NCBI GenBank assembly: GCA_040767965.1
Contig: JAXGNR010000004.1
Span: 256,001 to 320,000, forward strand
Origin: Atribacterota bacterium
GTDB lineage: Bacteria; Atribacterota; Phoenicimicrobiia; Phoenicimicrobiales; Stramentimicrobiaceae
DNA: 64,000 bases
Direction of reading: 5' to 3'
Shown piece by piece: positions 52,708-61,372 of the stretch; positions within the stretch are counted from its first letter, which is position 1, and each line of letters begins with the position of its first letter. The position numbers and the translations under genes are program-made. A model generated the notes under the pieces. That model was not told where the DNA came from. It ran no database searches and was given only the letters and a program-made list of their open reading frames with translations.

Positions 52708-53109
52708 TTGACAGGAGGGGAAAAGTTAATTAATAAAAAAGCAAATAAATATATTAGAGTTTTATTGGTTATAATAGGAACCTGTTTTGTTTTTATAGGA
52801 ATAATTGGTATTTTTTTACCGATTTTACCCACTACTCCATTTTTTCTTCTGGCAGCAGCTATCTATGCCAAAAGTTCAACTCGTTTTTATTACTGGCTTT
52901 TGCATAATAAATATTTCGGTAGTTATGTAAAAGATTATAGAGAAGGAAGAGGAATAGAAAAAACTGTAAAAATAAAGACCATATCACTGTTATGGCTCTC
53001 AATAGTAGTTTCAATATTTTTAATAGATGTGTTTATTGTCAGAGTTTTATTACTACTTATAGCCATTGCGGTAAGCATTCATATTTTTTTAATAAAACAG
53101 AAAGTTTAG
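52708..53109 (+). CDS. YbaN/DUF454 family inner membrane protein
   Basis: GIIGIFLPILPTTPFFLLAA..YAKSS.RF..WL..K.FG.Y. True start may be ATT at 52729. Confidence 0.9.
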   Translation: MTGGEKLINKKANKYIRVLLVIIGTCFVFIGIIGIFLPILPTTPFFLLAAAIYAKSSTRFYYWLLHNKYFGSYVKDYREGRGIEKTVKIKTISLLWLSIVVSIFLIDVFIVRVLLLLIAIAVSIHIFLIKQKV

Positions 53110-53193
53110 CATATTTTTATTTTTTCTGGAACAAGAATTATGCAAACTATTAATAATATAGAATATCATTATTAATAATAAGGAGACAACCTT

Positions 53194-54870
53194 ATGAGTA
53201 ATTATGTTATTGGCCTTGATTTTGGCACTGATTCAGTAAGATCATTATTGGTTGATGTTCAAAATGGCAATAAAATTAAAGAAAGTGTTGCATCTTATAA
53301 TAGATGGAACAATGGTCACTATTGTAGTCCATTAAACAATCAATTCCGCCAACATCCCCTTGATTATTTAGAAGCTATGGATAAGGCAATTCAAAAGACT
53401 TTAAGAGAATGCAGCAAAGATATAATGGAGAACATAGTAGCAATTGGTGTTGATACCACTGGTTCAACTCCTTGTGCTGTTGATAGAGAGGGAATCCCAT
53501 TAGCTCTACTGGAAAATTTTAAAGATGAGCCTGATGCTATGTTTGTTCTTTGGAAAGATCACACGGCTATACAGGAAGCTGAAGAAATAAACCAAAAGGC
53601 AAAAAATTGGGGAGGAAATGATTTTACTAAATATATAGGAGGGACTTACTCTTCAGAATGGTTTTGGGCGAAGGCTTTGCATATTTTAAGAAATAACGAG
53701 AAAATAAGAAAATCTGCTTTTTCCTGGGTTGAACAATGCGACTGGATTACGGCAGTTCTTACGGGTATTACTGATCCTTTGCAACTAAAAAGAAGCCGTT
53801 GTGCAGCAGGGCATAAAGCTATGTGGCATGAAGAATGGAATGGTTTGCCAGATGTAAACTTCTTGCAAAAGATTGACCCTTTATTGGCTGAGTTAAAATC
53901 AAGACTTTATCAGCAAACGTATACTTCAGATAAAATAGCAGGTACGCTTAATGAACAATGGGCTCAAAAATATGGTTTAAAGAAAGAAGTTGTAATTGCT
54001 GTGGGATCAATAGATGCCCATACTGGTGCAATAGGAGGAGGTATAAAAGAGGAAACTCTGGTTAAAATAATGGGTACCTCCACTTGCGATATTGTAGTTG
54101 CCTCCCCTAAAGTGATTAAAGATAAACTAATTGCCGGAATTTGTGGACAGGTAAACGGGTCAGTTATACCTGGCTTGATAGGTTTAGAAGCGGGACAATC
54201 AGCATTTGGTGATATCTATGCCTGGTTTAGAGATGTATTATTCTGGCCAACAGAATGTGTTTTACCTAAAACAAGAGTTGTTGACCAAAAAACTATTAAT
54301 CAAATTCAACAAGAAACAAGAGATAAGATTATAAGCATCCTTACTGAAGAAGCTGAAAAGATTAATACTGTACAGACAGAGCTGCTGGCTATAGATTGGC
54401 TGAATGGAAGACGTACTCCATTTGCTGACCAGGGATTAACAGGTGCTATTTTGGGCTTGAATTTAGGTTCAAATGCAGTACTTATTTTTAAAGCATTAGT
54501 TGAAGCTACTGCATTTGGAGCAAGAGCTATCAATGAACAATTTCAAAAAGAAGGAATTAAAATTAATGAAGTTATTGCCCTGGGGGGTATTGCTCAAAAA
54601 AATAATTATGTTATTCAGATTTTGAGTGATGTTTTAAATATGCCAATAAAAATATCTAAAGCTGAACAGGCTTGTGCTTTAGGTTCTGCTATGCTTGCAG
54701 CAACTTCTGCTGGTGTTTTTGAAAATGTTAAACAAGCTCAGGAAAAAATGAGCGCAGGTTTTTTAAAAACATATTATCCTAGAAAAGATTTTGTAAGTAT
54801 TTATAATAAATTATATAAAAAATACTTAAATGCTGGTAGTATACTGGAAAAGAACTTAAAAACAGATTAA
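53194..54870 (+). CDS. araB: Ribulokinase (FGGY family)
   Basis: IGLDFGTDSVR, FRQHPLDY, GVDTTGST, YSSEWFWAK, RSRCAAGHKAMW, EAGQSAFGD, DWLNGRRTP. Confidence 0.92.
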   Translation: MSNYVIGLDFGTDSVRSLLVDVQNGNKIKESVASYNRWNNGHYCSPLNNQFRQHPLDYLEAMDKAIQKTLRECSKDIMENIVAIGVDTTGSTPCAVDREGIPLALLENFKDEPDAMFVLWKDHTAIQEAEEINQKAKNWGGNDFTKYIGGTYSSEWFWAKALHILRNNEKIRKSAFSWVEQCDWITAVLTGITDPLQLKRSRCAAGHKAMWHEEWNGLPDVNFLQKIDPLLAELKSRLYQQTYTSDKIAGTLNEQWAQKYGLKKEVVIAVGSIDAHTGAIGGGIKEETLVKIMGTSTCDIVVASPKVIKDKLIAGICGQVNGSVIPGLIGLEAGQSAFGDIYAWFRDVLFWPTECVLPKTRVVDQKTINQIQQETRDKIISILTEEAEKINTVQTELLAIDWLNGRRTPFADQGLTGAILGLNLGSNAVLIFKALVEATAFGARAINEQFQKEGIKINEVIALGGIAQKNNYVIQILSDVLNMPIKISKAEQACALGSAMLAATSAGVFENVKQAQEKMSAGFLKTYYPRKDFVSIYNKLYKKYLNAGSILEKNLKTD

Positions 54871-54955
54871 TTATTTAGAATTTTATGTTATTTGCCTTCT
54901 AATAATTATTCATATAAAATATCTTTGCAAAAAGCAATCAAAAAGGAGTCACAAA

Positions 54956-55639
54956 ATGAAAATAATTTATGCAGGAAAAACTAAAGATGTTTATGCCCTT
55001 CAGGATGGTAATTATTTGCTTAAGTTTAAAGATGATGTAACTGGAGAGAATGGTATTTTTGATCCTGGTGCCAATACCGTGGGATTAACAATGGAGGGTG
55101 CTGGTAAAGCAGGGCTGAGGTTAACAAAATTATTTTTTGAAAAATTAAAAGAGAATAACATACCGACTCATTATTTAGATGCCAATATTGAAGAAGCAAC
55201 CATGACCGTAAAACCGGCAACATTATTCGGGAAGGGAATTGAGATTATTTGTCGATATAGAGCCGTAGGAAGTTTTTTAAAGAGATATGCATTATATGTA
55301 AAAGAAAAGCAATCCCTGGATGCTTTGGTTGAAGTAACCCTAAAAGATGATGAGAGAAACGATCCTTTAATTACTGAGGATGCCCTGGATATGCTTGGCA
55401 TACTATCTAGGGAAGAATATAAAATATTAAAAGGTTTAACCAAAAAAATATGTAATATTATAAGAGATTTTCTGGCAGAAAAAGAAATAGAACTATATGA
55501 CATTAAATTGGAATTTGGAAGGTTAAAAAATAACAATCAAATCATTCTTATTGATGAAATATCCGGTGGCAATATGCGGGCCTATAAGGATGGCAAATAT
55601 ATTGAACCTTTAGAGTTAGAAAGATTAATGCTGCAATAA
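54956..55639 (+). CDS. purC: SAICAR synthetase
   Basis: GKTKDVY, FKDD, IPTHY, RYRAVGSF, KDD..NDP, DIKLEFG, LIDEISG..MR. Confidence 0.9.
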   Translation: MKIIYAGKTKDVYALQDGNYLLKFKDDVTGENGIFDPGANTVGLTMEGAGKAGLRLTKLFFEKLKENNIPTHYLDANIEEATMTVKPATLFGKGIEIICRYRAVGSFLKRYALYVKEKQSLDALVEVTLKDDERNDPLITEDALDMLGILSREEYKILKGLTKKICNIIRDFLAEKEIELYDIKLEFGRLKNNNQIILIDEISGGNMRAYKDGKYIEPLELERLMLQ

Positions 55640-55739
55640 TTATTTTTGTTTAATTGTTTTTTTGATAAATAATTCAGTAAATAAATAATAATGGTATAAA
55701 TATTAGCATAATGGTAAATCTGGAAGGAATAACCTAACC

Positions 55740-56746
55740 ATGCAATTCCTTACCTGGATGGGGATTCTTTTTTACCTTTTCCAGTCAGCTTTTTTTCAAG
55801 CTTAAATCTTGGTATTTTTTCACTAAATATGCTGGAATTAAAAGTAGCTGCTAATAATGGAGATGTCAGGGCAAAAAAAGTATTAAAGCTGCGCGATAGA
55901 GCAAATTATACTCTTGTTACCATTTTATGGGGGAATATTGCAGCAAATATGCTATTGGCACTTTTGTCAGATTCAATTTTATCAGGAATAACAGCATTTA
56001 TATTCTCTACGGTTGTTATTACTATCTTTGCTGAAATATTTCTCCAATCATACTTTAGTAGACATTCTTTACAGATATCTGCTTTATTTTTACCATTCAT
56101 AATCTTTTATCAATATTTATTATATCCGGTTTCCAAACCAACTGCCTGGGTTTTAGGCAAATTATTGGGAGGAGAGCGGCTGCGTTTTTTTAAAGAAAAA
56201 GATTTAAGAAGTCTGATTAAATTACACATGGAAGCAGCAGAAAGTGATATTGAAAAGTAGAAGGGAAGGAGCACTAAATTTTTTAGAAATTGATGATGTC
56301 CCTCTTGAAGATGAAGGAGAGTTGATTGATTTAGACAGCACAATTAAATTAAAATTTAAAGATAATATTCCTGTATTTCCAGAAATCAATTTTATCCCAC
56401 AGGATGATTTCTTGCAGGCAATAAATCATCCTGGTAAAAGTTGGATAATCATTACTGATACTGAGAATGAACCATGTTTAGCTTTAAAAACCGAGGAATT
56501 TACTAGAGAGACATTGTTTAATACCAAGCATTTTAATCCTTTTAAACATTGTTATAAACCAATTATAGTCAGAAACGAGAAAAAGAGACCATGAGAGCTA
56601 ATTCAGCTTTTTTAGCAAAATCTGAACATAACCTAGATGATATCATTGAAAATGATATCATCTAGGTCTGGAATGATAAACCCCGGATAGTAACCGGAAC
56701 AGATATTTTAGGCAGATTACTTCGTGGTATTGTTAAAAAAAAGTAG
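55740..56746 (+). pseudogene. Disrupted CNNM/DUF21 metal-transport-associated membrane protein
   Basis: ATG 55740 (QFLTWMGILF..QSAFF), frameshift in the T run near 55790, LVTILWGN and FAEI..Q motifs, further shifts near 56255-56270 and 56590-56610, in-frame TAG near 56663, C-terminal RIVTGTDILGRLLRGI ending at TAG 56744-56746. Confidence 0.85.
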
Positions 56747-56861
56747 AAGATCTTTGCAGTTGAATAATATCATTAAAACATGTTAAAATCATATGGTTTA
56801 CTAAAATGAATTTTGAAATAATTTATGAGTAACAACACTATTTTATTACATGGAGGAAAAT

Positions 56862-57938
56862 ATGGACAAACCTTTTCCATTTCTAAAAGTAGAAGGAACA
56901 CACTTTGAAATTGGACAGCAGATTGGTTCAACATTTCAATCTCAAATTAAAAAATTTATTAAAATAATAATTGGAACAATGCCTATTGCAGAAGCAAAAA
57001 AAAGAGCCGCAGTATATTTACCATCTTTAAGTAAACATTGCCCTCATTTATTAGAAGAGGTAAAAGGTGTTGCAGATGGCGCTGGGATAACTTTGGAAGA
57101 GGCTCTGATTCCAAATCTGAGAAGTGCAATCGAATATGCTGGTGGCTGCACTGCCTATGTTATTGATCGGAAGCATACGGCTAATGGTGAGTTACTAATA
57201 GGCCAAAATCAGGATTTACCTGCCTCAATGCAAGATGTAGGGGTTGTTCTGCATATTGCTGCCAAAGGAGAAAGAGAAATATTAATGTGGACTTTTGCAG
57301 GTTTATTAGCTTATCATGGCATTAATGATGCCGGCTTGGGATTTTTCTGCAATGCTTTACCTCAACCACCTAAATCTTCTCCTTTTTCTGCTAAAAATAT
57401 TTTACCTGGATACTTGCCCAAGCGTCTTATGTTTGAAAATGAAGATATTGATGGTGTACTGAATCTTTTTGATAATTTAAAACTATTTACTACTCCTATA
57501 GGCGTCGTAAATTATGTTATGTGTGATAAAAAAAGAATTGCCAGTGTTGAATTGTCAGAAAATGACTATGCAGTCTTAAATGATTCAGGAAAAGGATTTA
57601 TAGCACATACTAACCATTATCTTGCAGATAAATTTAATTATTTAAATCAATATAAACTACCAGGATTAGCTATGGCTCCTCATGAAGAAGACTCCATGCC
57701 CAGACTTGCCCGTTTTAATAAACTGTTTGAGCAACAGTCTAAATTATTAGATTTGGAAGATATAAAAAGTATAATGAGTGATCATGACAATTACCCAAGC
57801 TCAATTTGCAGACACTTGCCTGAAACAGGAGATTGCGTTACTGTTGCATCAATAATAGCCGAACCGGAAAAAGGAAGAATGCATCTTTGCCCAGGGAATC
57901 CATGTGAGAATACTTTTTACACTTATGAAATGAAATAA
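56862..57938 (+). CDS. Peptidase C45 / acyl-CoA:6-APA acyltransferase-like Ntn hydrolase
   Basis: GTHFEIG.Q.G, EEVKGVADG, autocleavage site GG|CT, GQNQD, GINDAGL, HTNHY, SICRH. Confidence 0.88.
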   Translation: MDKPFPFLKVEGTHFEIGQQIGSTFQSQIKKFIKIIIGTMPIAEAKKRAAVYLPSLSKHCPHLLEEVKGVADGAGITLEEALIPNLRSAIEYAGGCTAYVIDRKHTANGELLIGQNQDLPASMQDVGVVLHIAAKGEREILMWTFAGLLAYHGINDAGLGFFCNALPQPPKSSPFSAKNILPGYLPKRLMFENEDIDGVLNLFDNLKLFTTPIGVVNYVMCDKKRIASVELSENDYAVLNDSGKGFIAHTNHYLADKFNYLNQYKLPGLAMAPHEEDSMPRLARFNKLFEQQSKLLDLEDIKSIMSDHDNYPSSICRHLPETGDCVTVASIIAEPEKGRMHLCPGNPCENTFYTYEMK

Positions 57939-57954
57939 ATAAATAGCAGAACAG

Positions 57955-57996
57955 AAAAAAATATAGATATTATTCAAATAATATCTATATTTTTTT
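57955..57996. terminator. Bidirectional AT-rich terminator-like hairpin
   Basis: 20-bp inverted repeat AAAAAAATATAGATATTATT / AATAATATCTATATTTTTTT between convergent genes. Confidence 0.7.
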
Positions 57997-58029
57997 TGCC
58001 TGGATCAAAATGAAGATGGGTAGATACTC

Positions 58030-58881
58030 TTAATCCGGCAAACAGATTCCTTTCACTGTGCAATAGAAATTTTTAAAGACATCTCTGCGCCCGATTACCC
58101 CTACCAGTTGATTATTTTCCACTATAGGCAGAGTGTGAATATTCCTATATTTCATTAAAGCTATAATTTCATCCAGGTTTGAATCCGGATCTGCGGTAAC
58201 GACTTCTGTAGACATTACATATCTGACTTTGGGTAGGGTGTTGTCAGGGCTGTTTTCTCTTAATATTTCTCCTGTTTTAATCATGTCCATAACTAAAAAT
58301 AAATCATTTGTAGTTATAATACCAATAATTTTATTATTTTCCATAACAGGAAAACCACTGATTCTTTTTTCAATCATTAATTCAGCAATATCGTCTAAAG
58401 TATCTTCTTTTTTGACAGTAATAACTTCTTTAGTCATTATATCTTTTGCTCTGATTTGTTTTAAGTTTTCAGTCAGCTCTTGCAAAGAGAATGTTTTTTG
58501 ATTTGTCAATTTGTATTGTGTAAAAATATCTTTAATGTTTTCTAATAAATCTTTAATTATATAAGGCTTGGGCACAAATAAATTTACACCAAGATTTTTT
58601 ATTGTATCTTCCATATTTACTTTATCAGAAATCATAATAAATGGTATTTTTTTAAAAATGTTATTTTCTTTAATTTCTTGTAAAAACTGAATACCATTCA
58701 TGCCACCTTGCAAGTTTATAGTTGAAATAATTAGATCAATCCATTTTCTTTTTAAAACCACTATAGCTTCAGTACCTTTATAAACATTATCAACAATATA
58801 GTTTTCGTTTTCTAAATTATTTTTCAATATCTCTGATTGATTAATATCTCCACTAACTATGAGAATATTTTTTTTAATCAT
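58030..58881 (-). CDS. Atypical receiver domain fused to tandem CBS domains
   Basis: REC fold (ILIV..DLIIS.IN...MNG..IPFIMIS..KPY) followed by AKDIMTKEVITV..ISGFPV..GIIT and VMSTEVVT..LPIV..VGVI. Confidence 0.85.
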   Translation of the reverse strand: MIKKNILIVSGDINQSEILKNNLENENYIVDNVYKGTEAIVVLKRKWIDLIISTINLQGGMNGIQFLQEIKENNIFKKIPFIMISDKVNMEDTIKNLGVNLFVPKPYIIKDLLENIKDIFTQYKLTNQKTFSLQELTENLKQIRAKDIMTKEVITVKKEDTLDDIAELMIEKRISGFPVMENNKIIGIITTNDLFLVMDMIKTGEILRENSPDNTLPKVRYVMSTEVVTADPDSNLDEIIALMKYRNIHTLPIVENNQLVGVIGRRDVFKNFYCTVKGICLPD

Positions 58882-61372
58882 ATTTTTCTCCATTTTCTTT
58901 CAGGAAAACAGTATGTTTTTTGTTCAGACTGAAAAAATATTCTTTTTTGTATAACTTTATTTTTTGTTTATGATTTCCTTCTATGGTTTTTCCCGCTACA
59001 GGTTTTAATTCAATATCTGTTTTGTCTTTCATGATTTCAAAAACATACCAAATATCCTTATATTTTATTTTAAAATTAACCGCATCCCATTCTTCTGGCA
59101 AATCTGGCTCTACATCTATTATACCATCAACCAAATTAACACCGGCGTATCTTTTCTGAGCTATATATAGCGATCCTCCCATTACGCCAGTATGAATCCC
59201 TTCAGGAGTTGTGCCTCCTTGAATGTCATTTATATCTGAATTTAAAACATCACAATACCATTCCCATGATTGTTTAGTTTTACCTAGAATATCTGCCAGA
59301 TAGCAATGAACTACTTTGCTTAATGTAGAACCATGAGAAGTCCTTTGTACATAATAGTCATAATTTTTTTTGATTATATCTATATTCATTTCATACCCCA
59401 AACCGTTGAACAGTTCCTTTAATTCCACAATTGAGAATAAATATGGAAGCATAAGGGTATCAGCTTGTTTTGCTACTTTATACTCATTAGGAGATTTTCC
59501 TTCAGCCTTTAAAATGCGGTCCATTCGTTGAATATTTCCGTATTTTTCCTTATATGCCTTCCAATCTAATTCTTTTAAATCGAAATATCCATCAAATTGA
59601 CTTATTATACCTTCAGGGTTAATGATAATATTCATTTTTTTGGTTATATCATCCCATAATCTTAAATCATCTTTACTTATATTCAATTTTTTTAATAATG
59701 ATACTTTTTGCTTATTTGAAAGTATAGAGTTTAATAGATTTAGAGCTGTTTTTAAAGTCCAGACAATCATAATGTTTGTGTAAGCATTATCTCGTAAACC
59801 GGCATTTTCTGCTTCAGGCAATCTTTCATGAAATTCATCTGGTCCCATCAATCCTTCAGTATGGTATTTTTGGTTTTTCTTATCGAAAAATACCAGGCTT
59901 GCCCCGAAAATTGCAATAGACAAAAAGAGTTCCGCACCATAATTAATCATAAAATCCCTATTTTCTGCGATTATCCAATGTTCCCAAATGCTATATGCTA
60001 TATCAAAAGAAATATGTCTTTGATTTCTGCTGTTATCAGGTCCCCATTTCCCGGATTGAGGATTTAGATGAATAGTTTGAGTTTCTTCTTCTCCTGTGGA
60101 ACCACTTTGCCAGGGAAACATGGCTCCTTTATAACCGTTTTCTTCAGCATATTTCCTGGCTGCATCTAGTCTTCGATAACGGTAGAGAAGGGCAGATTGA
60201 GTAATTTCAGGTATTCGAAAATCGTAAACCGGCAGAATGAACACTTCATCCCAAAAGATATGGCCTCGGTAAGCTTCTCCTGACAGCCCTCTTGCCGGGA
60301 TTCCTGCATCTAATTTTGTATTGTGGATAGAGCCGGTTTGCAAAAGATGAAATATGTGTAATCTTAAAGCTTTTTGTGAAAATAAGTGATTGGAAACTCT
60401 GATGTCAAACATTTCCCATAATCCAGTCCACGCTTTTTTATTGGACTGATATAAAGTTTCAAAATCATTATTTTCACGGGTTAATTTTATTGCACTTGCT
60501 AAAGGATCTTGGGTGTCTTTGTCTTGAGAGGTATAGATAGATACAATTTTACTAAATGTATATTTTTGGTTTTTTTGTACTTTAATTAGGTATTCCTGGT
60601 AAATGGATTTATCTCTTTGTATAGTGTCAACAGAGGTAGGTTTAATATTGTTCTGACCATTTCCAGTTATAAAAAAAGTTGAAGATAGGGCAATTTTAAT
60701 TCGTGATTGGTTGGTGACTACAGATAAGCAAATACCATTATCCGCAAAGGTATCAATTTGATCAGGATCTAAATGTAAAGAGCTAAGATCGCTATACCTT
60801 TCTACGCCTTCATTTTCTATATTTCCATCTAATCCAGTTTTAATTACTATTTCTCCTTCATAATTTTCAGGTGTTATTGAATATTCTAAAGCAACCAGGT
60901 GCATTTGCTGCATACTGACAATTCTTCTAGTTTGAATAGAGGTAATTCTGCCAGACTCTTCTCTGATCGTATAATTTTTTATAAGAGCAGCTTCTTTTAA
61001 ATCCAATTTTTGATAAAAAGATATTATTTGATTTTCCTCCGGGTAAATCCAGTTATCCTGCTTATCAGTTTTAAAGGTCAGCGGAAGCCAATTAGGGCAA
61101 TTAACCAGATCTTCATTTGAAATAGTTTTACCGGCAATATGACTGTCTAATTTATTAAAAACACCTGCCATATAGGTGCCAGGGTAGAAAATTCTTGAAG
61201 AAGAGACTTCGGTGAAAGCTCCTCTGGTTCCTAAATAGCCGTTTCCCAATGTGCATAACGCTTCTCTTAATTTTTCCTGGCCGGGATCAAAATTGAAATA
61301 TTCCAAAGACCAGGGAGAAGACCCATTATTATTAAAATTATTATTTTTTTGAATTTTTGATAATTTTTTCAA
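58874..61372 (-). CDS. Glycoside hydrolase family 65 phosphorylase (trehalose/trehalose-6-phosphate phosphorylase-like)
   Basis: REALCTLGNGYLGTRG, ARGLSGEAYRGHIFWDE, GAMFPWQS, catalytic GPDEFHE, KQAD, HGSTLS. Confidence 0.93.
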   Translation of the reverse strand: MKKLSKIQKNNNFNNNGSSPWSLEYFNFDPGQEKLREALCTLGNGYLGTRGAFTEVSSSRIFYPGTYMAGVFNKLDSHIAGKTISNEDLVNCPNWLPLTFKTDKQDNWIYPEENQIISFYQKLDLKEAALIKNYTIREESGRITSIQTRRIVSMQQMHLVALEYSITPENYEGEIVIKTGLDGNIENEGVERYSDLSSLHLDPDQIDTFADNGICLSVVTNQSRIKIALSSTFFITGNGQNNIKPTSVDTIQRDKSIYQEYLIKVQKNQKYTFSKIVSIYTSQDKDTQDPLASAIKLTRENNDFETLYQSNKKAWTGLWEMFDIRVSNHLFSQKALRLHIFHLLQTGSIHNTKLDAGIPARGLSGEAYRGHIFWDEVFILPVYDFRIPEITQSALLYRYRRLDAARKYAEENGYKGAMFPWQSGSTGEEETQTIHLNPQSGKWGPDNSRNQRHISFDIAYSIWEHWIIAENRDFMINYGAELFLSIAIFGASLVFFDKKNQKYHTEGLMGPDEFHERLPEAENAGLRDNAYTNIMIVWTLKTALNLLNSILSNKQKVSLLKKLNISKDDLRLWDDITKKMNIIINPEGIISQFDGYFDLKELDWKAYKEKYGNIQRMDRILKAEGKSPNEYKVAKQADTLMLPYLFSIVELKELFNGLGYEMNIDIIKKNYDYYVQRTSHGSTLSKVVHCYLADILGKTKQSWEWYCDVLNSDINDIQGGTTPEGIHTGVMGGSLYIAQKRYAGVNLVDGIIDVEPDLPEEWDAVNFKIKYKDIWYVFEIMKDKTDIELKPVAGKTIEGNHKQKIKLYKKEYFFSLNKKHTVFLKENGEKYD

